DNA from: an uncultured Gemmatimonadaceae bacterium
GTDB lineage: Bacteria; Gemmatimonadota; Gemmatimonadetes; Gemmatimonadales; Gemmatimonadaceae
Direction of reading: 5' to 3'
Assembly (NCBI GenBank): GCA_966211115.1
Contig: CBIHMX010000001.1
Location: forward strand, 1 to 33,685
DNA length: 33,685 nt
Below are positions 1 to 9,919 of the stretch, one piece after another; positions within the stretch are counted from its first letter, which is position 1; the number at the start of each line of letters is the position of its first letter. Under the pieces are notes generated by a model. It was not told the DNA's origin. It ran no database searches and was given only the letters and a program-made list of their open reading frames with translations. The translations under genes were made by a program, and so were the position numbers.

Positions 1-1367
1 TGGCCGGCGTTCAGGAATCCGTGCGGACCGGCGTCGACGATCATCACGCTCGACTCGGGAGTCCAGCCGCTGCGGATCACGCAGGTGCCGCCGTCGGCAA
101 ACCGGCGCGCGGTCGTGTCCGGTACGTTGCGTCGCAATTCATATAATGAAGTGGCGCCAGCCGGCCCCAGCAGCCAGACCAGTTCCGCACCCGGGGGGTT
201 GCCCACCGCGGCGAAGTCCTCGCGGCCGAACAGCGCCGCGCCTAACGAGAGCGGTGTCCGCGTGTCCTGTGCCGTCCGTTCATCGAGAAAGAGCAACCGC
301 CCGCCGTCGTCATCACCCACCAGCGGCATCGTTCCATCGGGCCGCGTCAGCCACATCAGGTGCTCGAGCAGCCCCACCAGCGCGCGCTCGAGGCGCGGGC
401 GCACGGTCATCCGTGCCCGTTCGGCCAGCACCAGGAAGTGGAGGTAGAAGTCGGTGGTGTAGCGGTGATACCACGTGGACTGCTCCACGTACGAACCGTC
501 GGGCCGGACGTGCCGGTCCACCCAGTCGAGCAGGATAGCCGACCCGATGCGTTGCCACGACGACGCTTCACGAATCTGCGGCAGCGCGGTGCCGATGGCG
601 AACAGGCCGAGCGCCTCGCCGGTGAGGTGCGTGTTCGGGCTGAACCACGTGGAGAGGTGCCGCTCGATATGCCGGCCGGCGATGGCGATGTGGCTGATGA
701 CGCGCAGGCGCAGTTCGGCGGGCATGCGGTCGTCGAGCAGCGCCAGCACCCAGAGCCAGGCGATCGACCGGAAGGACAGTTCGAGGCTGCTCGACCAGTG
801 CACTCCGCGCTTGGGCGGGTTGGCGGCCAGCCAGCTGCCTAACAACTCGACGCAGCGATCTGCATAACGAGCGTCCTGCGTGCACCACCACGCCTGCCCG
901 AGCGTCACCAGCGCCTGGTGCCGCCCGAGTTCCCACACCAGCTTGTGGTCACCCACCCGCGCCGGGTCGAGGAAGTCGATCTCGCTCCAGTGCGCGTCTG
1001 GCGCGCGCACCCGCGCCTGCGGCTCCATCCACCAGTCGATCGGGTCGGCGAGGACCAGCCCTCGATGGCCAAGCAGGTCGTACTGGTTGGCCAGCAACCG
1101 GTCGGCCCGTTCACGCAGGCGCGTGAGGTAGTTGGCGTCGAGGGTAGCGAGTGCATCCAGCGTGGCCTGGCGATCGTCGAACGCCGCAAAGAACGGCCCC
1201 GGCAGCCCGCGCGATGACGTCGTGTCCGCGACGAGCAGGCGGCGGGGATCGGGCTCACCAACGTCACCAATGCCGACGCGTTCCAGCCAGCGCGTGGCGC
1301 CCTGCCTCGCCCGATCGAGGAGCTCGGACGCGGAGCGCCCGCGCAGTTTGGCGAGTGAGGTGACCAT
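1..1367 (-). CDS. Heparinase II/III family protein (alginate-lyase-like N-domain), partial: the N-terminus is in the window and the C-terminus runs off the left edge
   Basis: My own translation of the minus strand from the ATG at 1367-1365 gives an uninterrupted frame to position 1. It reads MVTSLAKLRGRS...DHKLVWELGRHQALVTLGQAWW...HWSSSLELSFRSIAWLWVLALL...PDGSYVEQSTWYHRYTTDFYL...RPDGTMPLVGDDDGGRLL. These are typical heparinase II/III N-terminal and catalytic-region motifs. The gene is absent from the ORF track because the frame is not closed inside the window. Its ATG overlaps the TAA stop of the upstream GT4 gene by 1 nt. Confidence 0.8.
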   Translation of the reverse strand, partial: MVTSLAKLRGRSASELLDRARQGATRWLERVGIGDVGEPDPRRLLVADTTSSRGLPGPFFAAFDDRQATLDALATLDANYLTRLRERADRLLANQYDLLGHRGLVLADPIDWWMEPQARVRAPDAHWSEIDFLDPARVGDHKLVWELGRHQALVTLGQAWWCTQDARYADRCVELLGSWLAANPPKRGVHWSSSLELSFRSIAWLWVLALLDDRMPAELRLRVISHIAIAGRHIERHLSTWFSPNTHLTGEALGLFAIGTALPQIREASSWQRIGSAILLDWVDRHVRPDGSYVEQSTWYHRYTTDFYLHFLVLAERARMTVRPRLERALVGLLEHLMWLTRPDGTMPLVGDDDGGRLLFLDERTAQDTRTPLSLGAALFGREDFAAVGNPPGAELVWLLGPAGATSLYELRRNVPDTTARRFADGGTCVIRSGWTPESSVMIVDAGPHGFLNAG

Positions 1368-2557
1368 TACGCCGGTGCGGTGGCGCGATGCGCCGCCATG
1401 TCCCGGTACAGGTGGACCCATTCGTCGCGGACGGCCGGCCAGGTATAACGCTCCAGGCAGGCCGCTCGCGCCGCCCTCGTCAGGCGCAACGCCAGACCCG
1501 GCTCCTCGAGCAGACGCAGTGACGCACGGGCCAGCGCGTCGTGATCGCCCGGCGGCACCAGCAAGCCCGTGTCCCCGTCCTTCACGATCCAGGGGATGCC
1601 GCCAGTTGACGTGCTCACGACCGGAACCCCGGCTGCCTGGGCCTCGATCAGCGACAGCGGCATGTTGTCGATATCGGGACTATTCAGGAGAATGTCGGCA
1701 TCGTTCAGCAGCCTGGCCATCTCGTCAGGCGGAACACGCCCCGTGAACGTCACGTTCCGGAGGTTCAGTGACCTGACCAGCGCTTCGAGTTTCCCCCGTT
1801 CACGACCGTAACCCGCCACCGTCAGCGTGGCCTCGGGTATCCGCTCCTGCACCAGCGCGAACGCGCGGATCGAGCACGACACATTGTAGTGCACCTCGAA
1901 ATTGCGATTGCTGAGGAACACCGGTCGAACCGTCGAACGTTCGCGGTACGGAAACGCATCGGCGTCGATGAAGTTGTGGATGGCAATCGTTTCGAGGCCG
2001 AACCGGGCAAAGACTTCTCGCAGGTAGCCAGAGGGCACCACGATCCGGTCGGCGAGCCGCGACAGCGGAATGGCGCTGCGCCAGTTGGCCAGGTGATCCT
2101 CTGCTTCACCACTGTGGTAGTTCAGCAACGCGGCGCGGCCAAAAAGGCGTGCCACAAGCATGGCCGGCACCGGACCAAGCAGGAACGCCCAATACGAAGG
2201 TGAAAAAGCGTGGACCACATCGAACTTGCGAACGCGCGACATGAGCAGGAACCAGTAGCCGATGGATGTGACGATAGTCCGGACGTACTTCACCCGCTGC
2301 AGTGCTCCGAGCGGCCCCGGAAGCCGCGGGTTCATCGGGAGAAACCCTACCTCGATGCCGGGTGTGCCGAGCAACCGATGATGAAGGCGCGCGAGTTGGA
2401 CAGCCTGACCACCAAGGATGTCCATCGAAGGACCGGCCAGACACACCCGAACCGGGACCACGGAAGGTTCGGGAGCCCGTCGCGCTAAACCTGTCAGTGG
2501 TCGTTCCCGGGTTGCCGTACGCTCCGTCAACGCGTCCTCATTCGGTGCGGAAGTCAT
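1367..2557 (-). CDS. Glycosyltransferase family 4 (GT-B fold, Glycos_transf_1)
   Basis: The ORF is 396 aa. Its C-terminal region (NSPDIDNMPLSLIEAQAAGVPVVSTSTGGIPWIVKDGDTGLLVPPGD) matches the retaining GT4 E-x7-E nucleotide-sugar binding signature. Confidence 0.9.
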   Translation of the reverse strand: MTSAPNEDALTERTATRERPLTGLARRAPEPSVVPVRVCLAGPSMDILGGQAVQLARLHHRLLGTPGIEVGFLPMNPRLPGPLGALQRVKYVRTIVTSIGYWFLLMSRVRKFDVVHAFSPSYWAFLLGPVPAMLVARLFGRAALLNYHSGEAEDHLANWRSAIPLSRLADRIVVPSGYLREVFARFGLETIAIHNFIDADAFPYRERSTVRPVFLSNRNFEVHYNVSCSIRAFALVQERIPEATLTVAGYGRERGKLEALVRSLNLRNVTFTGRVPPDEMARLLNDADILLNSPDIDNMPLSLIEAQAAGVPVVSTSTGGIPWIVKDGDTGLLVPPGDHDALARASLRLLEEPGLALRLTRAARAACLERYTWPAVRDEWVHLYRDMAAHRATAPA

Positions 2558-2664
2558 TGTGATATTAGCTTGTTACGCGCTGGCGACCCTCTGACTTCCC
2601 GTTCTCGGGAAGGGTCACGGACAACCACGCCCGGGCTTTCCCTTACCGAAACGTAGTCCCCAAC

Positions 2665-3636
2665 ATGGCATCGAGAGTTCTGGTTACCGGCGGCGCCGGG
2701 TTTATCGGTTCCCACCTGGTGCGGCGCCTGCTCGAAACCGGCCGGTCGGTTCGAGTGGTTGATAACCTCGCCACTGGCTTCCGGCACAACCTCGACGAGG
2801 TCGGCCCGGACATCGATTTCATCGAGGCAGACGTCAGCGATCCCTATGTCTGCTCCGAAGCCGTCGCGGGCGTCGATACCGTCTTCCATGTCGCGGCCCT
2901 GCCAAGTGTTCCGCGCTCAATGGCGGATCCAATCGGGACACATAACGCCAACGTCAACGCGACCCTCAACCTTCTCGAGGCATCGCGTCGAGCCTCCGTG
3001 CGGCGTTTTGTCTACTCGAGCTCGAGTTCGGCGTACGGCGATACGCCGGTTCTGCCCAAGGTGGAATCGATGGAGCCGCTCCCCCGGTCGCCTTATGCCG
3101 CAGCGAAGCTCTCCGGCGAGATGTATGCCCTCGCGTACGCTCGAGCCGGGCTCGTCGAGGCAGTTGCCCTCCGCTACTTCAATGTCTTTGGGCCGCGGCA
3201 GGACCCCAACGGACCGTACGCTGCGGTAGTGCCCCTCATCTTTCGGGCAATACTCACCGAAACGCCGATGACGATATTTGGGGACGGTCGGCAGACTAGG
3301 GATTTTACCTACGTCGACAACGTCGTCGACGCGAATGTACTCGCTGCCACCGGTCCGGGGGACAAGGTGAGCGGTCATGTGGTGAATGTTGGAACGGGAA
3401 ATCGCATCTCGTTACTCGACCTCGTCGCGCTGGCGGAGGACATCACCGAACGGCGCGTTGAGGTCCGTCACCTCAGGGAAAGGGCCGGCGATGTGCGGGA
3501 TTCCCAGGCGGGACTCGACCGGGCACGCGATGTGCTGAACTACCAGCCGCACGTCTCCATCCGCGACGGTATGGCGCGACTGTGGTCCTGGTATGCCGCG
3601 AATCCGTCAGCAGTCATTGCCGCCACGCCTGGATGA
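2665..3636 (+). CDS. NAD-dependent sugar-nucleotide epimerase/dehydratase (extended SDR; UDP-sugar 4-epimerase or decarboxylase-like)
   Basis: The ORF is 323 aa. It has the Rossmann motif VLVTGGAGFIGSHLV and the catalytic YAAAK (YxxxK). It has no in-window rival frame with sensible composition. Confidence 0.9.
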   Translation: MASRVLVTGGAGFIGSHLVRRLLETGRSVRVVDNLATGFRHNLDEVGPDIDFIEADVSDPYVCSEAVAGVDTVFHVAALPSVPRSMADPIGTHNANVNATLNLLEASRRASVRRFVYSSSSSAYGDTPVLPKVESMEPLPRSPYAAAKLSGEMYALAYARAGLVEAVALRYFNVFGPRQDPNGPYAAVVPLIFRAILTETPMTIFGDGRQTRDFTYVDNVVDANVLAATGPGDKVSGHVVNVGTGNRISLLDLVALAEDITERRVEVRHLRERAGDVRDSQAGLDRARDVLNYQPHVSIRDGMARLWSWYAANPSAVIAATPG

Positions 3637-4784
3637 CCGCACTCGAATCAGAAAACCGAACCAACACCGAGACCAGGTGGTCCTGGCCGGGCGAATTGTC
3701 GGCGCCCGCAGGTACCTCCACACTTCGCAGCGCCAAGTTGTGGGCACTCGGCCAGGCCAGGCGTGCTGGCGTGGTGCGGGCGGTCCGGGACAGCCACTGG
3801 CGAGGCCGGCGACTGCTGATTCTCGCCTATCACGGCCTGTCGCTGCGTGACGAACACGAATGGAGTCCCGAGCTCTACCTGCCCGTCGAAGCGTTGCGGG
3901 CACGGTTCGAAATCATACGCGACCAGGGCTACCAGGTCCTGCCGCTGAGCGAAGGCGTTCAGCGCCTGCGCGAAGGGTCCCTGCCACCGCGCGCCATCGC
4001 CCTCACGTTCGATGACGGCATGTGCGATTTCCTCGACCTCGGCGTTCCGCTCCTGCGCGAGTTCGGCTATCCAGCCACCGTGTACGTGACCACGTACTAT
4101 GCGGAAAAACAGGTGCCGGTTTTTCGCGTGGCTTGCCGGTATTTCCTCTGGCGTGGGCGCGACCGGGTGATCAGCGGGAAGGACCTGACCGCCGATGGCG
4201 GAACGCTGAAGCTCACGACCCTCGACGACCGGGACGCAGTGCTGCAAGCCATCGAGGACCGCTTGACGAGTATGGACGGCGGCATCGACGAGGAGTCGGC
4301 AACCTTGCGACGGCTCGCGGACCGTGTCGGCGTGGATTACGACGAGTTCCTCAGGGACCGCCTGTTACGCGTGATGTCGCCTGACGAGATCCGTTCCCTG
4401 CCGCCGGAACTCATCGACGTGCAGCTCCATACACACCGCCATCGCGTGCCGCTACGGAAGGAATCCTTCGTTCGCGAGATTGAGGACAACCGTCGTGCCC
4501 TTGCGCTGTGGCGCCCGGGGAGCCATTTCGACGCGTTCTGTTATCCGAGCGGAGTGACCGACGCGCGCTTCCTGCCCTGGTTGCGCGAGCAGGAAATACA
4601 GAGCGGGGTGACCTGCAAGGTCGGGCTCGCGACCGATCGTTCGGATCCGCTCCTGCTGCCGCGATTCGTGGACACGTCGTTGCGCACGCGCGTGGAGTTC
4701 GAGTCGTGGCTCTCCGGATTCGGCAGCCTGCTACCGCGGCTCCCGCACGCGGGCCGTTACAAACCCGGACCCTTCAGCGACTGA
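3633..4784 (+). CDS. Polysaccharide deacetylase (CE4 / NodB homology domain)
   Basis: The ORF track frame is 3582..4784. I prefer the ATG at 3633, which overlaps the epimerase TGA stop as ATGA. CE4 motifs present are LILAYHGLS, ALTFDDG and the HTHRH histidine cluster. Confidence 0.85.
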   Translation: MTALESENRTNTETRWSWPGELSAPAGTSTLRSAKLWALGQARRAGVVRAVRDSHWRGRRLLILAYHGLSLRDEHEWSPELYLPVEALRARFEIIRDQGYQVLPLSEGVQRLREGSLPPRAIALTFDDGMCDFLDLGVPLLREFGYPATVYVTTYYAEKQVPVFRVACRYFLWRGRDRVISGKDLTADGGTLKLTTLDDRDAVLQAIEDRLTSMDGGIDEESATLRRLADRVGVDYDEFLRDRLLRVMSPDEIRSLPPELIDVQLHTHRHRVPLRKESFVREIEDNRRALALWRPGSHFDAFCYPSGVTDARFLPWLREQEIQSGVTCKVGLATDRSDPLLLPRFVDTSLRTRVEFESWLSGFGSLLPRLPHAGRYKPGPFSD

Positions 4785-4793
4785 GGCAGGAAC

Positions 4794-6138
4794 TCAGAAA
4801 GCGGGTACCCGAATACCCATCGTCCGGCGGATGTAGATCCTGAGCGCCACGACACGGCCCGTCGCTGCGACCAGTGTCGCCGATGCGGTTCCGACCGCGC
4901 CATACCTTGGCGTAAGCAGCAAGGCCAGCCCGAGGTTCACGATGGCCGTCATGCCGATGATCCACGCTGCCTCTTTCTCGTGCGCCGTCATCGTCATGAG
5001 GTAGCCCGCAACCGCCCCCGAAATCCCGACGACCAGTTGGGCCAGGGTGAGGATAATCAGCACCTCGTGTCCTTCCGTCATGCCGTACAGCGAAAGCAGG
5101 AATGGGCCAAGGACGATCAGGCCGATCGCGATGGGGATCGAGACGCCAGCCGACAGCCACGTCACTGCGCGCACCAGCGACTGGAGTCGTCCCGGATCGC
5201 GGGTGTAGAGTTCGGCGATCATCGACATGGCGACGTACGTTACCGCCGACGAGGCGAGTGCCACTGGCAGCGTAAGCTGCGACGCGGCCGCGTACACTCC
5301 GGCTTGAGCCGTGGTGAGCATGGTTCCCACCACGATGACGTCAGCCTGCTGCGAGATGATCACCTGGCCGAGCGACACCGCGAAGAGCGGGTATGTGGTT
5401 CGGATCCCGGTCGTAGGTCGCCACCGCCGACCGCACAGCCTCCGGTACCGCGCGCTTCCGCCAGTACCGCGCCACGATCAGCGCCACGACGGCGCCCCCC
5501 AGGTTTGCCGCCACCGCCACCGACGTGGTGAGGCCCTCCTGGATCCGCACAATCACGACCATGATGATGCCGAACGCCGCCGGCCGCAGGAGATTCACCG
5601 GGAACTGCGCTTCTGCATAACGCTGGAAACCCTGCAGAATGGCGCCTTCGTAGAGGAGCAGCGTCAAGACGGGGAGCAGAGCGCACGCCACGATCAGCGC
5701 GTCAGGCAGCGAATGGTGCTTGCCAGCGAGGCCATCGCGGAAGAGCTGGATTCCGAGGACGCTGAGGATGGCAATCGCGACCGATACCGTGATCAACGCC
5801 GTGCGGCCCGCGCGGAGGTAACCCCGGAGCACGCCCCACTCCTCCGTGGCGGCGTACTTCCCGATGAATCGAACCGCCGTCACGTCGAGTTCCAGCTTGC
5901 CGAAGATCGTGGCAATCGCGAGCCAGCCCATGACAACGGCGTAGGTGCCGAAGGAGGCCTGTCCGAGGGCCTGGGAGAGCCCCATCTGCACGACCATGGA
6001 AATCGCGGCGCCGATGCCGCTGACCATGATCGTCTGCAGCGTCCCGCGCGCGACCTTGCCGCCCATCCTGTCCCGGGACAGGCGGGAGCGGATCATCTCC
6101 ACGGCTTCCGTGAACGCTGACTTCTCGCGCGCGGTCAC
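4794..6138 (-). pseudogene. Wzx/MOP-superfamily polysaccharide flippase (Polysacc_synt), split into two frames by a 1-nt frameshift
   Basis: The N-terminal roughly 250 aa lie in the frame of ORF 5341..6516 (..VARGTLQTIMVSGIGAAISMVVQ..ARYWRKRAVPEAV..). The C-terminal 194 aa lie in the +1 frame, ORF 4794..5378 (YPLFAVSLGQVIISQQADVIVVGTMLTTAQAGVYAAASQL..). Joined, they give about 448 aa, a normal flippase length. A possible GTG start at 6138 overlaps the upstream TGA stop as GTGA; an alternative ATG lies at 6096. Confidence 0.7.
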
Positions 6139-7658
6139 TTCTGTCGAGTGACGGCGAATGGTCCGCTGTCGGGAGCGGTTGATGGGGAACGCGCGATGAA
6201 ACGGCGCACGTCGTAGGTCTCGTTGGCAAACACTTCGGGGAACTGCGCCGGTCTCGCTTCCACGTACTCCCGGAACTTCCGCTCCGAGCTTCGCTCGACA
6301 TGCTCCAGCGGAATGACGACGTGCGTGATGCGCTGTCGATCCATTTCGGCGAGGACGTCTTCTGCCTCGCCATTTGGAATTCCCATCGAGGGCACTCCCG
6401 TTTCCAGCGTCAGCACGCGCGGATTGGTGAAGACGATTCGCATCCCCGATGAGTCTCCGGCTGTGCGTGCCCAGTCGAACAGCGCCATCGTGTCCGGGTC
6501 GCCGTAGAACGACCATCGAGCCGGCCGCCGCGCAACATGGATGGACGCGCCAATCGCCACCACCCCAACGAAGGTCAGGACGAACTTCGGCCAGTCGGCA
6601 CGAAGACCGGCAGGCGCATAACGAGTACCCAGCCAGAGCAACCCGATCGTGACCCAGGCCATCACGAGCGGAATGAGTGGCCAGGCGTAGCGCGGCTCGT
6701 GTACGGGAGCGACCAGTAGCACGCAGATGTACGCCAGCGTGAAACAGGCGAGTGCGGACCGGTACTGGCGCCGCGCAAACACCACCAGACCAATGACCAT
6801 GGGAATGGCCGCGACGAGGTGGTAGAAGTCGTCGGCGACGTTCACGTCGAACGGGTAGAGCGCCCCGGTGGCGAGGGCCACGACATACGTGGAAGCCAGC
6901 TTGGCGAACGAGAAGTTGCGTAATCCGTTTGCGATGCGGTCGTGGAACGGAATGCGGTCAAAGCCGATCCAGAGCACGAGCAGGAAGGCGACGGCCACCG
7001 CGGCCAGGGGAGCGAGCAACTTCCAGCGCCCATCGCGCTGGCGAAACCACGCAAACAGGAGCAACGCGGGCAGGACGGCGAGACCCGCCACCCGCACCGA
7101 AAGGACGGCCAGGCTCAAGACGCCGAGCGCCACGGCCTGGCGCCACCCAAAAGGACCCTCGGCATCTGCGACGAGCAGCATCATCCAGACCAGGAAGCAG
7201 AACAGCGGGTCCGAAAGCGCGGAGCTGTTTGCATACTGTGCCATCAGGGCAACCGGAGCCGCCGTGGTGGCCGCGATCCCAACGATCGGCTGACCGCGCC
7301 GCACAAAGTATATCCCTGTCGCAATTCCAAACGCTGCGACAAGCAGGGTCACCAGCGCCTTGGCCATGTCGAGACTGGTGCCGAAGACCGCCACAAATGG
7401 GGCCAGCACGAGCGGCCACCCGGGCGGCTGAAGGCTGGGCCCGACCAGATTCATTCTCGTGTAGATGTAACCGATGTCCTCGAACGCACGGCCTTCGGCG
7501 ATTGCCTTCGCGTGAAGCAGGTAATGCGCATAATCCCCGTCGGTGGCAGCTGGCGGCTCGGACCACGTCGCCACCACGATCAACAGGAACGGCAGCAGCG
7601 CCGCCAGCAGCAGCCAGCGTACCTGTCGCGGCGTCGGTGACCATATGTCCTGCGTCAT
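6135..7658 (-). CDS. Polytopic membrane protein, GT-C fold glycosyltransferase-like (ArnT/PMT_2-like), with a C-terminal soluble domain
   Basis: The ORF is 507 aa with about 10-12 hydrophobic segments. It has an early acidic loop (TDGDYAHYLLHAKAIAEGRAF) and a PPGWPLVLAPFVAVFG segment resembling GT39/GT83 enzymes. The functional call is pattern-level only. Confidence 0.55.
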   Translation of the reverse strand: MTQDIWSPTPRQVRWLLLAALLPFLLIVVATWSEPPAATDGDYAHYLLHAKAIAEGRAFEDIGYIYTRMNLVGPSLQPPGWPLVLAPFVAVFGTSLDMAKALVTLLVAAFGIATGIYFVRRGQPIVGIAATTAAPVALMAQYANSSALSDPLFCFLVWMMLLVADAEGPFGWRQAVALGVLSLAVLSVRVAGLAVLPALLLFAWFRQRDGRWKLLAPLAAVAVAFLLVLWIGFDRIPFHDRIANGLRNFSFAKLASTYVVALATGALYPFDVNVADDFYHLVAAIPMVIGLVVFARRQYRSALACFTLAYICVLLVAPVHEPRYAWPLIPLVMAWVTIGLLWLGTRYAPAGLRADWPKFVLTFVGVVAIGASIHVARRPARWSFYGDPDTMALFDWARTAGDSSGMRIVFTNPRVLTLETGVPSMGIPNGEAEDVLAEMDRQRITHVVIPLEHVERSSERKFREYVEARPAQFPEVFANETYDVRRFIARSPSTAPDSGPFAVTRQK

Positions 7659-7744
7659 GAATTCGTGCTGGGGCCTAACTTCATCGCGACAGTTGAGAGG
7701 ACCGTTGATTAAACGCGCTTCATGATGGCGAAACGACCCCCCGG

Positions 7745-9031
7745 ATGGTAAGCCAACCCAGCCGTTTTGCGGCGGCGGCTTTACTCGTCCCGGCTACTGC
7801 GTTCATCGCCCTGATGACGCTACGACCCGCCGCCGGGCCGACGATCCCACTGCCGTTCGCTTGCATCTTCTGCGGCACGCTTGGAGGCGTCGATTTCCTC
7901 CTCAATACGGTGCTGTTTGTGCCCTTTGGATTGGCGATATACTGGCTGCTCGGCTCAAAGAGGGCGACGGTGGCGGCCGGATTCGCCTTCACCCTCGTCA
8001 TCGAGGCGCTGCAGTGGCAGTTCATCCCGGGCCGCGATGCGTCGCTCGGTGACCTGGTCGCGAACACACTCGGCACCGTGGTCGGCGTGATGCTCGCCGT
8101 CCTCGGAAGTGCCGGACTGTATGCCATCGGGCGGCGAGCACGAATACTGGCGGCTTCGTTCGCCGTCTTCGGGTCGCTGGTGATCGTCGTGACCGGGTGG
8201 CTGCTGCAACCGGCTGGCGTTAGGCACGCGCTGGCCGTCCAGTGGAAGGCGTCCCGGCCGAACATGGACGACTTCGCGGGCGACGTACGGAAGGCGTTGG
8301 TCAACGGCACCAGGATATATCCGTTCCAGTGGATAGGACCCCGCGAATTCCTCGAGCCCGGGTCACTGACCGTTTCCGTGGAAGCGGACATCTCCCGAGG
8401 AGCCGCACCGACCGCCCGGCAATCGATCATCGTCCGGCTCGCCAACCGGTTCGAGGAGGGGTTTCTGCTGGGGCAATGGAAAGACGCCGTCATCGTTCGC
8501 TCGCATCAGGTAGCGGAAAAGCTCAGGTTCCGGTCCCTGCTCGTGGGGTTCGACGGAGTGCTGGAAGCGGAAGGCACGGCTGAATACATCACCATGAAGG
8601 CCACAAGCAATCCCCGCGCCATCTCGTTACTCCTGACGGAGGGCCGCGAAGCCACACGGTTGGACGTCCGCCGTTCCGTAGGGTTGGGCTGGACCCTCAT
8701 CCTGCCGTGGGATGTAGCGGTCACCCCCCGGTGGTGGGTTGCCAATGCGGCATGGTTGGCTGCCCTGCTGCTGCCGGTTGGCTTTTTCACCTTCCGGTCC
8801 GGGCGTCATCGAAACGGCGCCGGTGTCGTGGTGGCCTCGTGGCCACTCCTTCTGACTGTCGGAACGCTCCTGATAACATCGCGAGTGTTCGGGCTGAGCA
8901 GTCCCGGTGTCGGAGAGTGGATCGGCGTCATCGCTGGAATCGTGGCGGGTGGCACGCTGGAAAAACTCATTCCCACACATCTGCCCGCGCCCTTGAATCC
9001 ATCTGTCGTTGCGGGGACCATTCAATCGTGA
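7745..9031 (+). CDS. VanZ-like family membrane protein with an extended C-terminal region
   Basis: The ORF is 428 aa. The N-terminal region (FLLNTVLFVPFGLAIYWLL ... TLVIEALQWQFIPGRDASLGDLVANTLGTVVGV) matches the VanZ signature. Further TM segments lie at the C-terminus. Confidence 0.75.
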   Translation: MVSQPSRFAAAALLVPATAFIALMTLRPAAGPTIPLPFACIFCGTLGGVDFLLNTVLFVPFGLAIYWLLGSKRATVAAGFAFTLVIEALQWQFIPGRDASLGDLVANTLGTVVGVMLAVLGSAGLYAIGRRARILAASFAVFGSLVIVVTGWLLQPAGVRHALAVQWKASRPNMDDFAGDVRKALVNGTRIYPFQWIGPREFLEPGSLTVSVEADISRGAAPTARQSIIVRLANRFEEGFLLGQWKDAVIVRSHQVAEKLRFRSLLVGFDGVLEAEGTAEYITMKATSNPRAISLLLTEGREATRLDVRRSVGLGWTLILPWDVAVTPRWWVANAAWLAALLLPVGFFTFRSGRHRNGAGVVVASWPLLLTVGTLLITSRVFGLSSPGVGEWIGVIAGIVAGGTLEKLIPTHLPAPLNPSVVAGTIQS

Positions 9032-9621
9032 GCAACCTTCTCATCGGCTTTACGGTCGCGCGAGAGATCCTCAAGAACGTCCTGCTCTGGGGCGCGCTGT
9101 TGGTGACCGCGATCGCGACGATCGACTGGCTGGTTCGTACGCGACGGGTCAGCCCGTTCGGTCCCGTCGCGCGGTTCTTTCGCGACCGGATCGACCCCCT
9201 TCTTGCGCCTCTCGAGCGGCGCGTCGTGCGCGCCGGCGGCCTGCCCGCCTCCGCGCCGTGGTGGGCACTCGGAGCAATCGTGGTCGGGGGAGTCCTGCTA
9301 CTGGCCCTCGTCGATTTCCTCGGCGGGCTGCTCGTGGACATCGCCCGGGGGGTCGACGGAGGTCCAACCGGCATGATCGGCCTTGTGGTCTATTGGGCCT
9401 TTGCCCTGCTGCGACTCGCCATCATCGTCCGCGTGCTCGCGTCGTGGCTTCCGATGGGTCCGTATTCGCCGTGGGTGCGCTGGTCGTTCACGTTGACCGA
9501 GCCGATCCTCCGGCCTTTACGAGGCATCATTCCACCGATCCGTTCGATCGACATCACGCCGATCGTCGCGTTTTTCCTGATCGGCATCGTCGAAAGCCTC
9601 GTCCGCAACTGGTTAGGCTGA
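9028..9621 (+). CDS. yggT: YggT family membrane protein
   Basis: This is the frame of ORF 8707..9621. The upstream part of that ORF overlaps the VanZ gene, so I place the start at GTG 9028, which overlaps the VanZ TGA stop as GTGA. The YggT signature is LRLAIIVRVLASWLPMGPYSPWVRWSFTLTEPILRPLRGIIPPIRSIDITPIVAFFLI. Confidence 0.8.
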   Translation: MSNLLIGFTVAREILKNVLLWGALLVTAIATIDWLVRTRRVSPFGPVARFFRDRIDPLLAPLERRVVRAGGLPASAPWWALGAIVVGGVLLLALVDFLGGLLVDIARGVDGGPTGMIGLVVYWAFALLRLAIIVRVLASWLPMGPYSPWVRWSFTLTEPILRPLRGIIPPIRSIDITPIVAFFLIGIVESLVRNWLG

Positions 9622-9622
9622 T

Positions 9623-9910
9623 TTGCGGATCAGCGAACGCGCCGGCACCTTGCGGTTCGACGTCCGTGTCCAGCCCCGGGCATCAAAGGATGAGATCACC
9701 GGTGTCCATCAAGGCGCCCTCCGCGTGAGGCTGCGCGCGCCTCCGGTTGATGGGGCCGCCAACGACGCGCTGGTGATTTTCCTCGCTGGCGAACTCGGCC
9801 TTTCGCGCCGCGAAGTGCGCATCGTATCAGGACATGGATCACGGTCAAAGGTCGTGGAGATCGATGCAAAAGCTCGATCGGCCCTTGACCGGATCGCCTC
9901 TTCGACCTAA
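9623..9910 (+). CDS. DUF167 (YggU) family protein
   Basis: The ORF is 95 aa. The sequence LRFDVRVQPRASKDEITGVHQGALRVRLRAPPVDGAANDALVIFLAGELGLSRREVRIVSGHGSRSKVVEI is a typical DUF167 core. It lies directly downstream of yggT, as in many genomes. Confidence 0.85.
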   Translation: MRISERAGTLRFDVRVQPRASKDEITGVHQGALRVRLRAPPVDGAANDALVIFLAGELGLSRREVRIVSGHGSRSKVVEIDAKARSALDRIASST

Positions 9911-9919
9911 CGATCCCCC

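Noticed and set aside
2585-2616. Inverted repeat GACCC..CTTCCCG-ttct-CGGGAAG-GGTC in the divergent GT4/epimerase promoter region, considered as an operator.
   Set aside because: It is a single small palindrome with no second copy in the window and no adjacent regulator gene. The evidence is insufficient to call it a binding site.
5341-5478. Programmed ribosomal frameshift as the explanation for the split flippase.
   Set aside because: I could find no slippery heptamer, homopolymer run or obvious downstream stimulatory structure at the frame junction. Programmed frameshifting has no precedent I know of in Wzx genes. A pseudogene or an indel error is more parsimonious.
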